DNA from: Rhodospirillaceae bacterium | GTDB taxonomy: Bacteria; Pseudomonadota; Alphaproteobacteria; Rhodospirillales; Rhodospirillaceae | Length of the DNA: 64,000 nt | Direction of reading: 5' to 3' | Assembly (NCBI GenBank): GCA_963921305.4 | Contig: CAWUEX030000003.1 | Location: forward strand, 258,495 to 322,494 | In this document: positions 56,195-64,000 of the stretch, piece by piece | How positions within the stretch are numbered: the first letter of the stretch is position 1 | How the letters are laid out: every line of letters starts with the position of its first letter | Program-made: the position numbers and the translations under genes | Notes under the pieces: generated by a model | Seen by the model: the letters and a program-made list of their open reading frames with translations, nothing else | Told to the model about the DNA's origin: nothing | The model's database searches: none

Positions 56195-57073
56195 TCAGGC
56201 CGCCTGCGGCTGCACGTCAACAGACACTTTTACGGTGTGCTCACCGCCGCCGATCATGAATCCGTTGATGGGGCTAACGTCACCGTAATCCCTGCCCCAT
56301 CCGAGCGTGATGTGCTCGTCGCGAGGGATGAGGTTGTTTGTCGCGTCGAAATCGACCCAGCCGATCTCAGGGCACCACACTGAGATCCAGGCATGGGACT
56401 CATCTGCTCCGATAAGCTTTTCCTCACCCTCCGGCGGATGAGTCAGCAAGTAGCCGCTGACGTAACGGGCAGGTAATCCAAGACTGCGCAAACACGCCAA
56501 CTGAACATGGGCGAAGTCCTGGCACACGCCGCGGCGGGCTTCGATGACCTCCACCACGGGTGTGGAAACGTCCGTTACGCCGCCCTCATAGTTGAATGTC
56601 TCGAAAATCCGGGTTGTCAAATCCATGGCCGCTTCGAGTAGCGGACGGCCGGGCGCAAACGACTCTTCCGCGAGAGTCCGGGCCTGCTCGATCCCAGTGA
56701 CATAGGGTGAAGCGAACGCAAATTGATAGGCGTCCAGCAATTCCGGTTCCTTAGGAGCAGCAAATAGGGCAACCACCTCTTCCCAGGGGGGGCTCGCCGA
56801 CAATTGAAGCTGCCCAGGCGCGGCCACCTCGATCTCGGAAAGGGCAGAAATCTGAAGAGTGTCATGCGGCTCTTGGATGGTCACATAGCTGACCTTGTTG
56901 CGGAAATAGTCCAGAGCTTCCGACCTGACCGATGGCATCGGATCAATCTGAATAAAAGACCGCAAGCACTGCTGCCGCTCGGCGCTGCGCGGCGCCATGT
57001 GGAGCAGATGGTGGGATATGGAAACAACCTGTGAATATTCGTAGGTCGTCGTGTGCTGTACCTTGTACTTCAC
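56195..57073 (-). CDS. transglutaminase-like cysteine peptidase family protein (Bact_transglu_N + core)
   Basis: Typical N-terminus KYKVQHTTTYEY. Cys-His-Asp triad visible in GVCQDFAH, SHAWISVW and WVDFDATN. The GTG start overlaps the upstream stop (GTGA). Confidence 0.8.
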   Translation of the reverse strand: MKYKVQHTTTYEYSQVVSISHHLLHMAPRSAERQQCLRSFIQIDPMPSVRSEALDYFRNKVSYVTIQEPHDTLQISALSEIEVAAPGQLQLSASPPWEEVVALFAAPKEPELLDAYQFAFASPYVTGIEQARTLAEESFAPGRPLLEAAMDLTTRIFETFNYEGGVTDVSTPVVEVIEARRGVCQDFAHVQLACLRSLGLPARYVSGYLLTHPPEGEEKLIGADESHAWISVWCPEIGWVDFDATNNLIPRDEHITLGWGRDYGDVSPINGFMIGGGEHTVKVSVDVQPQAA

Positions 57074-59664
57074 ACCTCGCCCTCCGACCAGCGCGGCCCT
57101 GAGACGCGGTGAGGCTGCGCATGAATGAAGTAGAGAAGACCGACAGCGTCAGAGAGATCCTCCAAAGCGCCGTCGAGCCGTTGCAGCAAGGTTTCCAGCT
57201 CCGCCCGTTTACCACTGTCTTCTTGCAGGGCACCAACCCGCTCGACGTCAACGAGTAGCAAATCTGTCTTGAGGCCGAGCGCGAGCTTCTTTGCACGGCC
57301 TAAGCCTTCACCCTCGTTTCGGGAGGGCAACGCGTCGATATGGTCATCCAGGCTTACACATTGATAGACGATAGAGCGTGGATTGGCGTCGTCTGCCATC
57401 AATAGGTCGAGCACACGCGGCACATCGGGTAACGCTTTGTAGCGCGTCCGGTAGGTCATGGTGCTGTCGGCAAGATCGAGGAGTAGGTCGAGCCAGTCCG
57501 TATGCTCCGCCTTGCCGTCGATGGCCAAGTTGCGAATCAGACTAACACCACGGTAGGCGCGCTCAAGCCGCCGGCCCATATCGAGAAAGCGCCAGCCACT
57601 GCCGCGGGTCATATTTTCCATCACCATGCCGTTCAAAGCGGACAAATGCTGGATCATATCGTCGAGAAGTTCCAACGCGTCGCTGAGTTCCTGGCCGTGG
57701 CGCAGTTCCACGTCATCCGCCGCGGTACACAGCTTTCCTATGATGCGCCATGTGTCCAGGGACAGGCGTTCGCGCACCAAATCCGCTGTGCGCTGTACGT
57801 TAGACAAGATCAACGCGAGGCCATCCGGACAATCCGGATCGAACAGAATCTTCCACAATTCCTTCTCGACCTCGGCGACGCCGCGTTCGGCCACTTCCTT
57901 CGCCCGGGCCTTTGACAGATGCTTTTGACTGACCAGCAGTTTGACCAGCATATGCAACGCCTGGGGATCTTCCGTTGGGCCGAATTCGCCACTCAGCCTC
58001 GCGACGAGGGCGCGGTACAGGCGAACGGCACCTTCGGCACGCTCGCTATAACGTCCCAGCCAAAAGAGATTGTCAGCGGTACGGCTTGGCAGGTCGCGGC
58101 CACTGCGCCGGATCGACAGCTCTGCGCGCTCCTTGGCGAGCAGGCTAAATGTATCGACCGGCTCATCACTGACAACCCAGGCGTCCTTGCTGAAGTCTCC
58201 CCGTCTGAGCGCTGAAGTTGCGGAATTCGTAATCTCAGACACACGCGCGAGCCCACCGGGCATGGCCTTGTACCCGTTCTGGGTTTTGGCCACAAACACT
58301 CGGAGCGACAGCTGTGCCGACTTCACTTCGTGTGGACTGCTCCACGCCGGTGTTGTTGAAAAGGAAACGATCTCCTGGGCGGCGAAGTTGTGGCCGTACT
58401 TGGAAATTTCGTCCCGCAACGCCGCCTTTTCAGACTCACTGAGTTCAGGGCCGATGTAAGTGTCCCGTTCCGGATTAAGAATCGATTTCGGGCGAAACGC
58501 CTTACGCACGACCAGATGGTCAAGATTTGCCAGCACATAGTCGCGTTCGCTCTGCTGGCCGCACCACCACGTTGCGACGTCGGGCATCAAGGGCTCTTCA
58601 TTTAGAACGGCACGGCAGAGACCCGGGAAGAATCCATTAAGAGCGTCGTTCTCCAGCACGCCGCTACCCAGAGCATTCGCCACGGTAACATTCCCGGCGC
58701 GCACGGCCTTCACCAGGCTGGGCACACCAATGTAGGAGTCCGTGCGCAGCTCCAGGGGGTCACAGAAATCGGAATCGACGCGGCGCAAAAGTAGATCGAC
58801 CGGTTTAAGACCCTCGACGGTCTTGAGATACACCCGGTCGTCGCGGACAGTGAGGTCCGCCCCCTCAACAACCGAATATCCCAGGTAGCGGGCAAGGAAG
58901 GCGTGTTCAAAATAAGTTTCGATACCCGGACCGGGCGACAAAATGCCGATCACCGGCTCGTCTTTGCCCGTCAAACTTTGCAGGTTGTGGTTAAACTCCT
59001 GGAAGAATGAGGCCAAACGGCGCACGTGATAGGACCCGAACAACTCCGGCAAACTGCGTGAGGTGATCAGCCTGTTTTCCAGCGAGAAGCCAAGCCCGGT
59101 CGGCGCCTGCGTACGGTCATTCAAGATCCACCATTGCCCGTCGGGAGACCGCGCCAAATCGAACGCCAGCAAGTGAAGATGGGTGCCACCTGCGACCTCA
59201 ATGCCATGACAAGGCCGCAGAAACTGTGGATTGCCAAACACCAGGGCGGGCGGGATCAACCCGTCTTTGAGCAGGACTTGCTCACCGTACAAGTCTGTCA
59301 TAACCGCGTTGAGCAAATGGGCACGCTGAATCAACGCCTTCTCAATCGCATCCCATTCACTCTGGTGAATGATGGCGGGCAACAGGTCAAGTTGCCACGG
59401 TGTATGGCTGCCGTCCGCGCTGTCTTGGGTGACATAGGTCACGCCGTCATTGGCGAGCATACGCGCAGCTGTATCGTGAGCAGACACACGATCCTGCACG
59501 GAATAGGTCCTAAAGTGATCAAACAGTCCTTGCCAGAGGGGGCGGACCGCACCGTCCGGGCCGACCATCTCGTCATAGGCGTCTGGCCGGTGAGTGTATG
59601 ACGCCAACAGATCACCGCTGTCGCGGGGTGGCGGCAGGGTATCTGACTGTTGTGGTTCACTCAT
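57070..59664 (-). CDS. circularly permuted type-2 ATP-grasp protein fused to an alpha-E domain
   Basis: 864 aa. By recollection, the N-terminal ~480 aa resemble COG2308-type proteins and the C-terminal ~330 aa resemble COG2307/alpha-E. Flanked by transglutaminase genes, as in the conserved gene neighbourhood. Confidence 0.7.
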   Translation of the reverse strand: MSEPQQSDTLPPPRDSGDLLASYTHRPDAYDEMVGPDGAVRPLWQGLFDHFRTYSVQDRVSAHDTAARMLANDGVTYVTQDSADGSHTPWQLDLLPAIIHQSEWDAIEKALIQRAHLLNAVMTDLYGEQVLLKDGLIPPALVFGNPQFLRPCHGIEVAGGTHLHLLAFDLARSPDGQWWILNDRTQAPTGLGFSLENRLITSRSLPELFGSYHVRRLASFFQEFNHNLQSLTGKDEPVIGILSPGPGIETYFEHAFLARYLGYSVVEGADLTVRDDRVYLKTVEGLKPVDLLLRRVDSDFCDPLELRTDSYIGVPSLVKAVRAGNVTVANALGSGVLENDALNGFFPGLCRAVLNEEPLMPDVATWWCGQQSERDYVLANLDHLVVRKAFRPKSILNPERDTYIGPELSESEKAALRDEISKYGHNFAAQEIVSFSTTPAWSSPHEVKSAQLSLRVFVAKTQNGYKAMPGGLARVSEITNSATSALRRGDFSKDAWVVSDEPVDTFSLLAKERAELSIRRSGRDLPSRTADNLFWLGRYSERAEGAVRLYRALVARLSGEFGPTEDPQALHMLVKLLVSQKHLSKARAKEVAERGVAEVEKELWKILFDPDCPDGLALILSNVQRTADLVRERLSLDTWRIIGKLCTAADDVELRHGQELSDALELLDDMIQHLSALNGMVMENMTRGSGWRFLDMGRRLERAYRGVSLIRNLAIDGKAEHTDWLDLLLDLADSTMTYRTRYKALPDVPRVLDLLMADDANPRSIVYQCVSLDDHIDALPSRNEGEGLGRAKKLALGLKTDLLLVDVERVGALQEDSGKRAELETLLQRLDGALEDLSDAVGLLYFIHAQPHRVSGPRWSEGEV

Positions 59665-59692
59665 GTGGATGGCCTACACGGTGAGGCGCGCA

Positions 59693-62600
59693 CTATACGG
59701 CTGAAGACCACCGCAAGTCCAAGGTGCAGGGAAACTCCGGCCGTGAAATGTCTTGCGGCCGCTCCTTCGGCCCCGGCGTATGGCCAATGGCTTCGAAGCG
59801 CGACAGGCGGCGGCTCTCAGCCTCGTAAGAGTTAACCGGGAAGTGCTCGAAGTTGCGCCCTCCCGGGTGGGCCACATGATAGGTGCAGCCGGCCACGGCG
59901 CGGCCTGTCCAGGTGTCATACAGGTCGATCGTCAGCGGCGCGTCGACGCCAATGGTCGGATGCAGACTGGAGGACGGCTGCCAGGCGCGGAACCGGATGC
60001 CGCCGACAAATTCACCGTTCGTCCCGGTCGGCGTCAGTGGCACACGTTTGCCGTTGCAGGCGATTTCGTACCGGGACTGCGTCAGACCGGTCGCGCGGAC
60101 CTCCAGCCTCTCGACGGAAGAGTCAACGTAGCGGACGGTACCGCCGATGGCGCCCTCCTCGCCCATGACATGCCACGGCTCAAGCGCCTGGCGGACTTCA
60201 AGCTCAATGCCTTCGTGGACAATTGACCCATAGCGGGGAAAACGGAATTCGAAGTGCGGCGCAAACCAATCGAGATCGAGGTCATAGCCGTGCTGATTCA
60301 TATCCTCGATCACGTCTTTGAAGTCCTGCCAGACGAAATACGGCAGCATGAATTTATCCGCCAACTGCGTGCCCCAGCGGACGAGTTTGCCCGAATAGGG
60401 TGTCTTCCAGAAACGCGCGACGAGGGACAACAGCAAAAGCTGCTGCGCCAATGACATACGTTCGTGCGGCGGCATCTCGAAAGCACGGAATTCCACCAGA
60501 CCAAGGCGGCCGGTCGGTCCGTCCGGTGAATACAGTTTGTCGATACAAATTTCGGACCGGTGAGTGTTGCCGGTGACGTCGATCAGCAGATTGCGGAAGA
60601 TGCGATCAACCAGCCAGGGCTGAACCGTCTCGCCGCTGGCCGGATCGGGCACCTGGGAGAACGCCAACTCCATCTCGTAGAGACTGTCATTGCGTGCTTC
60701 ATCGATGCGCGGCGCCTGGCTGGTCGGACCTATGAACAATCCGGAGAACAGGTAAGACAAGGCCGGGTGGTGCTGCCAGTAGGTGACAAAACTTTGCAGC
60801 AGGTCGGGGCGGCGCAGGAACGGGCTCGACGCCGGTTCCGCGCCACCGAGCACGACGTGATTGCCGCCGCCCGTGCCGGTATGACGCCCGTCGAGCATGA
60901 ACTTCTCGGTGCCAAGACGCAGTTGCCGCGCTTCTTCGTAAATCGCTTCGGTGATCTCGACCATCTCATCCCAGCTGGACGCCGGCTGAATGTTGACCTC
61001 CAGCACACCGGGGTCGGGTGTCACCTTGATTTCATTGAGGCGCGCGTCCTTGGGAGGCGCATATCCGCCTAGGTGAATGGGCACCTCCATCTCGGCGGCA
61101 CAGTCTTCGATGGCCGAGACGAGTTCGAGGTAGTCACCCAGGCGCTCGACCGGCGGCATGAAAATACTGATGCGACCGTCCTTGGGCTCGACGGTCATGG
61201 CGGCGCGAACAAACCGCCCGCTGCCCTGGCCAACCTGTCCGACGACCTGCTGCGGTCCGCGCTGCTGCCGGTCGCGTCCCCGGCCACCGCGGAGGAACGG
61301 TTGCCGGCGCTCTGTGGCCTCGGGCAGTTCTTCGGCCTCCTCAAACGGGTCGGACGGCACGACATAGGGGTATTGCGACGGTGTGATATACGGCAACGAC
61401 GGCAGCGGCAGGCGGTAGCCGACCGGTGAGTCACCGGGCACAAGAAAGAGATGCTTGGTGCGCGTCGACCAGGGCTCGCTGACCCAGCTGCGGGAACCGT
61501 CCTTGGCGTTCCAGCGCTGAATGGGCAGGACGAAGCCGCGCGGCGTTTCCAGCCCGCGCTCGTAGACATCGGCGAGACGCTTGCGGGCCAGTGGATCATC
61601 GAGCTTGTTGGTTTTGGGGTCCAGATTCTCGGGCAGCTTGCGTTCCTGGCCGATGAAATGCCACGGGTCTTCGAACGCCGGCACGATGGCCTCGGGATTG
61701 ACTTCTAGTCGTTCGGCAACACCTTCAAGAAAAGCTTGAGCCTGCTCGACCGTGGGCTCGAGATCCTTGTCTTCCTGGGCGATCAGATTGGCGTCCGACC
61801 ACAGCGGCTTGCCGTCCCGGCGCCAGTACAACGAGAACGCCCAACGCGGCAACTGTTCGCCCGGATACCACTTACCCTGACCGTAGTGCAGCATGCCGTT
61901 CGGGGCGAACTTCTCACGCAGGCGCTTGATGAGGGCCGCGCCCTTAGCCCGCTTGGTCGGGCCGACGGCAGCCGTGTTCCACTCATCGGCGTCCGGGTCT
62001 TCAATAGATACGAAAGTCGGTTCGCCGCCGATGGTCAGGCGGACATCGTTATCTTTGAGTTCTGTATCGAGCTTTTTACCGAGTGTGTTGATCGCCGCCC
62101 ACTGCTCGTCGGTGTAGGGCATCGTCACCCGCGGCGATTCATAGATGCGCGTGACGGACATATCGAAACTGAAGTCCGTCTTGGCTTCACCGACGATCCC
62201 GCTGATCGGCGCCGCACTGGATGGGCGCGGCGTACAGGCCAGCGGGATATGCCCTTCTCCGGCGAGCAGCCCGGACGTAGGATCGAGACCAATCCAGCCC
62301 GCACCCGGCAGGTAGGCCTCGCACCAGGCGTGAAGGTCCGTGAAATCAACGTCGGTGCCGCTTGGCCCGTCGAGGGCTTTGACGTCCGGTTTCAACTGAA
62401 TCAAATATCCAGATACGAACCGCGCGGCGACACCGAGATGGCGGAGAATCTGCACCAGCATCCAGCCGGTGTCGCGGCAGGAGCCCTTGCCGGACGCCAA
62501 CGTTTCATCGGGTGTCTGCACACCCGGCTCCATGCGCACGACGTATTGAATCTCTTGCTGGAGGCGCTGGTTGAGTTCGACAAGAAAGTCGACCGTCTTT

Positions 62601-63019
62601 GCTTCTTTCGGAACGTCGAGCGTGTCCAGCCACTTCTGGAATAGCGGCCCGGGGTCATCGACATCCCGGTAGGGCTCAAGATCGCGGGCCAGGAGCTTGT
62701 CGTAGGTGAACGGATAGGTTTCCGCCTGCGGCTCAAGGAAAAAGTCGAAGGGGTTGTAAACCGCCATGTCGGCAACAAGATCAACCGTCACATGGAAAGA
62801 GGTAACCGGCTCCGGATAGACAATCCGAGCCAGATAGTTGCCGAACGGGTCCTGTTGCCAGTTGATGAAATAGCCGTCCGGCTCGATCTTCAGAGCGTAG
62901 CTCAGCACCGGCGTGCGGCTGTGGGGCGCTGGACGCAATCGGATGGTCTGCGGACCCATTTCGACCCGGCGGTCATAGGTGTAGTGAGTCTGATGATTTA
63001 ACGCGGCGTGAATCGACAT
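59693..63019 (-). CDS. large transglutaminase family protein (Bact_transglu_N + core + DUF2126-like C-terminal region)
   Basis: N-terminus IHAALNHQTHYTYDR. Triad in GSCRDTGW, LHAWCEAY and WIGLDPTSG. A conserved extension of about 800 aa follows. Confidence 0.75.
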   Translation of the reverse strand: MSIHAALNHQTHYTYDRRVEMGPQTIRLRPAPHSRTPVLSYALKIEPDGYFINWQQDPFGNYLARIVYPEPVTSFHVTVDLVADMAVYNPFDFFLEPQAETYPFTYDKLLARDLEPYRDVDDPGPLFQKWLDTLDVPKEAKTVDFLVELNQRLQQEIQYVVRMEPGVQTPDETLASGKGSCRDTGWMLVQILRHLGVAARFVSGYLIQLKPDVKALDGPSGTDVDFTDLHAWCEAYLPGAGWIGLDPTSGLLAGEGHIPLACTPRPSSAAPISGIVGEAKTDFSFDMSVTRIYESPRVTMPYTDEQWAAINTLGKKLDTELKDNDVRLTIGGEPTFVSIEDPDADEWNTAAVGPTKRAKGAALIKRLREKFAPNGMLHYGQGKWYPGEQLPRWAFSLYWRRDGKPLWSDANLIAQEDKDLEPTVEQAQAFLEGVAERLEVNPEAIVPAFEDPWHFIGQERKLPENLDPKTNKLDDPLARKRLADVYERGLETPRGFVLPIQRWNAKDGSRSWVSEPWSTRTKHLFLVPGDSPVGYRLPLPSLPYITPSQYPYVVPSDPFEEAEELPEATERRQPFLRGGRGRDRQQRGPQQVVGQVGQGSGRFVRAAMTVEPKDGRISIFMPPVERLGDYLELVSAIEDCAAEMEVPIHLGGYAPPKDARLNEIKVTPDPGVLEVNIQPASSWDEMVEITEAIYEEARQLRLGTEKFMLDGRHTGTGGGNHVVLGGAEPASSPFLRRPDLLQSFVTYWQHHPALSYLFSGLFIGPTSQAPRIDEARNDSLYEMELAFSQVPDPASGETVQPWLVDRIFRNLLIDVTGNTHRSEICIDKLYSPDGPTGRLGLVEFRAFEMPPHERMSLAQQLLLLSLVARFWKTPYSGKLVRWGTQLADKFMLPYFVWQDFKDVIEDMNQHGYDLDLDWFAPHFEFRFPRYGSIVHEGIELEVRQALEPWHVMGEEGAIGGTVRYVDSSVERLEVRATGLTQSRYEIACNGKRVPLTPTGTNGEFVGGIRFRAWQPSSSLHPTIGVDAPLTIDLYDTWTGRAVAGCTYHVAHPGGRNFEHFPVNSYEAESRRLSRFEAIGHTPGPKERPQDISRPEFPCTLDLRWSSAV

Positions 63020-63104
63020 GCCCGGAGTCCTACACCAGACAGCCAGTTGCTGGCTACCAGACCGCCTACATTGCTCACACTAGATGAGCAGAAATGTGAT
63101 CCCG

Positions 63105-64000
63105 CTAGACCGCGAACCCGTCCAGGGAGAGCGGAAGCGAGCGGATTCGACGGCCTGTCGCCTCATAGATCGCATTGGCCACCGCAGGGATCGCGGGCGG
63201 CAGGGCCGGCTCTCCAAGACCCGTCGGCTGGTGCTCCGATTGGATAAAGTGCACGTCGACATGGGGCGCATCTGCCATGCGCAACAACGGATACTGATCG
63301 AAGTTGCCTTCTTTAACGCGCCCGGCTTCAAAGGTCAGGGTTTGCCCGAACATAGTGCTGACGGCATCGACGACAGATCCTTCGATCTGGTTTTTAGCGC
63401 CGCTCATGTTGACGATCGGCCCAACATCGGCGGCGACAGTCGCCTTATGCACACGCACGTCCTGGGCGCTCTCGGCGCTGACTTCGGCTACCACAGCAAC
63501 ATGTGCCGCGTGACTAAAGTAAAACCCAAGGCCGAGGTGGTGTCCGTCGCTGCGCGGCTCACCCCACCCAGCCTTCTCCGCCGCAAGCGTGATCACGTCT
63601 GCCGTGCGCCCAGTATGCAGGGCGCGCAGGTTGCCGGGATCGAGCCAGCGCGGCTCGCCCAGAATGTCGAGCAGAAACGCGACATAGTCGCACCCCGCCG
63701 CTTCGGCGAGCTCATGCAGGAACGATTGGAAGACAAAGCCAAAGGCATTTGAGCGCGGCGCCCGCAATGCCCCGCAGGGAGTTTGCCACGGTAGCATCGT
63801 TTGTGTGATTTCCGAGTTGGCAATCAGTTGCATCGGAAACTCGTCGGCGCTGATGTTGCCACCACTCACGGTTTTTTCGCCATCGGCGGTGAAGGTAACG
63901 AAGTGATCGCTGATCGCCGTCAGTTTGCCATCGCCATCGACCGCGCCCTTGAGGTGATGGAACCCGCCGACCCGGTAGTGATCGTGGCGCGTGTCGTCTT
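63105..64000 (-). CDS. molybdopterin-dependent oxidoreductase, IorB/aldehyde-oxidase beta-subunit-like (3' part; the gene continues past the window end)
   Basis: C-terminus GLGEPALPPAIPAVANAIYEATGRRIRSLPL. The frame stays open from 63869 to position 64000 (…HYRVGGFHHLKGAVDGDGKLTAI…). Confidence 0.7.
   Translation of the reverse strand, partial: DDTRHDHYRVGGFHHLKGAVDGDGKLTAISDHFVTFTADGEKTVSGGNISADEFPMQLIANSEITQTMLPWQTPCGALRAPRSNAFGFVFQSFLHELAEAAGCDYVAFLLDILGEPRWLDPGNLRALHTGRTADVITLAAEKAGWGEPRSDGHHLGLGFYFSHAAHVAVVAEVSAESAQDVRVHKATVAADVGPIVNMSGAKNQIEGSVVDAVSTMFGQTLTFEAGRVKEGNFDQYPLLRMADAPHVDVHFIQSEHQPTGLGEPALPPAIPAVANAIYEATGRRIRSLPLSLDGFAV

Noticed and set aside
61736-62644. 302-aa ORF on the plus strand, antisense to the large transglutaminase gene
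   Set aside because: Same reasoning as above. It is embedded in a conserved minus-strand gene, has an Arg/Gly-rich translation and matches no recognisable family.

Overview
This is a gene-dense, high-GC chromosomal segment with about 55 CDS. It looks alphaproteobacterial: it has a Shemin-type 5-aminolevulinate synthase, a cobA-DUF2849-cysI-DUF934-cysH arrangement, and a GTTC-N7-GTTC SOS box in front of imuA-imuB-dnaE2. I recognised no rRNA, tRNA, CRISPR array, transposase or integrase.

Blocks, in order:
1. 0.4-4.3 kb: a visibly more AT-rich four-gene tailoring cassette (unknown protein, SDR, HxD/H/RxS oxygenase-like orphan, zinc-ribbon C-methyltransferase).
2. 4.3-8.8 kb: two family III CoA-transferases plus an acyl-CoA dehydrogenase, with a divergent GntR/HutC regulator.
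3. 8.8-11.8 kb: msrA, an isochorismatase-family hydrolase, a Tat-exported NTF2/LEH-like protein and an NmrA-like protein.
4. 11.8-20.3 kb: a ten-gene, translationally coupled minus-strand operon. It joins sulfite/APS reduction (cysH, cysI, DUF934, DUF2849) to a complete glycine-to-siroheme route (hemA/ALAS, hemB, hemC, hemD, cobA, sirC).
5. 21.4-27.2 kb: the imuA-imuB-dnaE2 mutagenesis cassette with an SOS box.
6. 27.4-29.6 kb: a SnoaL / CoA-transferase / cysteine-dioxygenase-like cupin operon.
7. 29.6-34.2 kb: a TonB-dependent receptor, a signal-peptide cargo with a TbpB-like barrel, and a TPR/beta-barrel Slam-like (type XI secretion) translocator. The cargo reading frame is split by one in-frame TAG.
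8. 34.8-56.2 kb: a run rich in Sec/Tat-exported enzymes. It includes a GDSL autotransporter, three paralogous Tat flavin amine oxidases, an amidohydrolase, a beta-lactamase-fold hydrolase, DUF4440 proteins, an orphan SBP, a 14-blade WD40 protein and a stand-alone CHASE-like membrane protein.
9. 56.2-63.0 kb: a transglutaminase / circularly permuted ATP-grasp + alpha-E / large transglutaminase cluster with no biochemical function known to me.
10. 63.1 kb to the window end: the 3' part of an IorB-like molybdo-oxidoreductase gene.

The best leads for new biology are the interrupted Slam/T11SS cargo locus, the siroheme-plus-sulfur super-operon, the transglutaminase/ATP-grasp system, the CHASE-like/WD40 divergent pair and the AT-rich tailoring cassette.

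All family calls come from reading motifs by eye. None has been confirmed by a database search.
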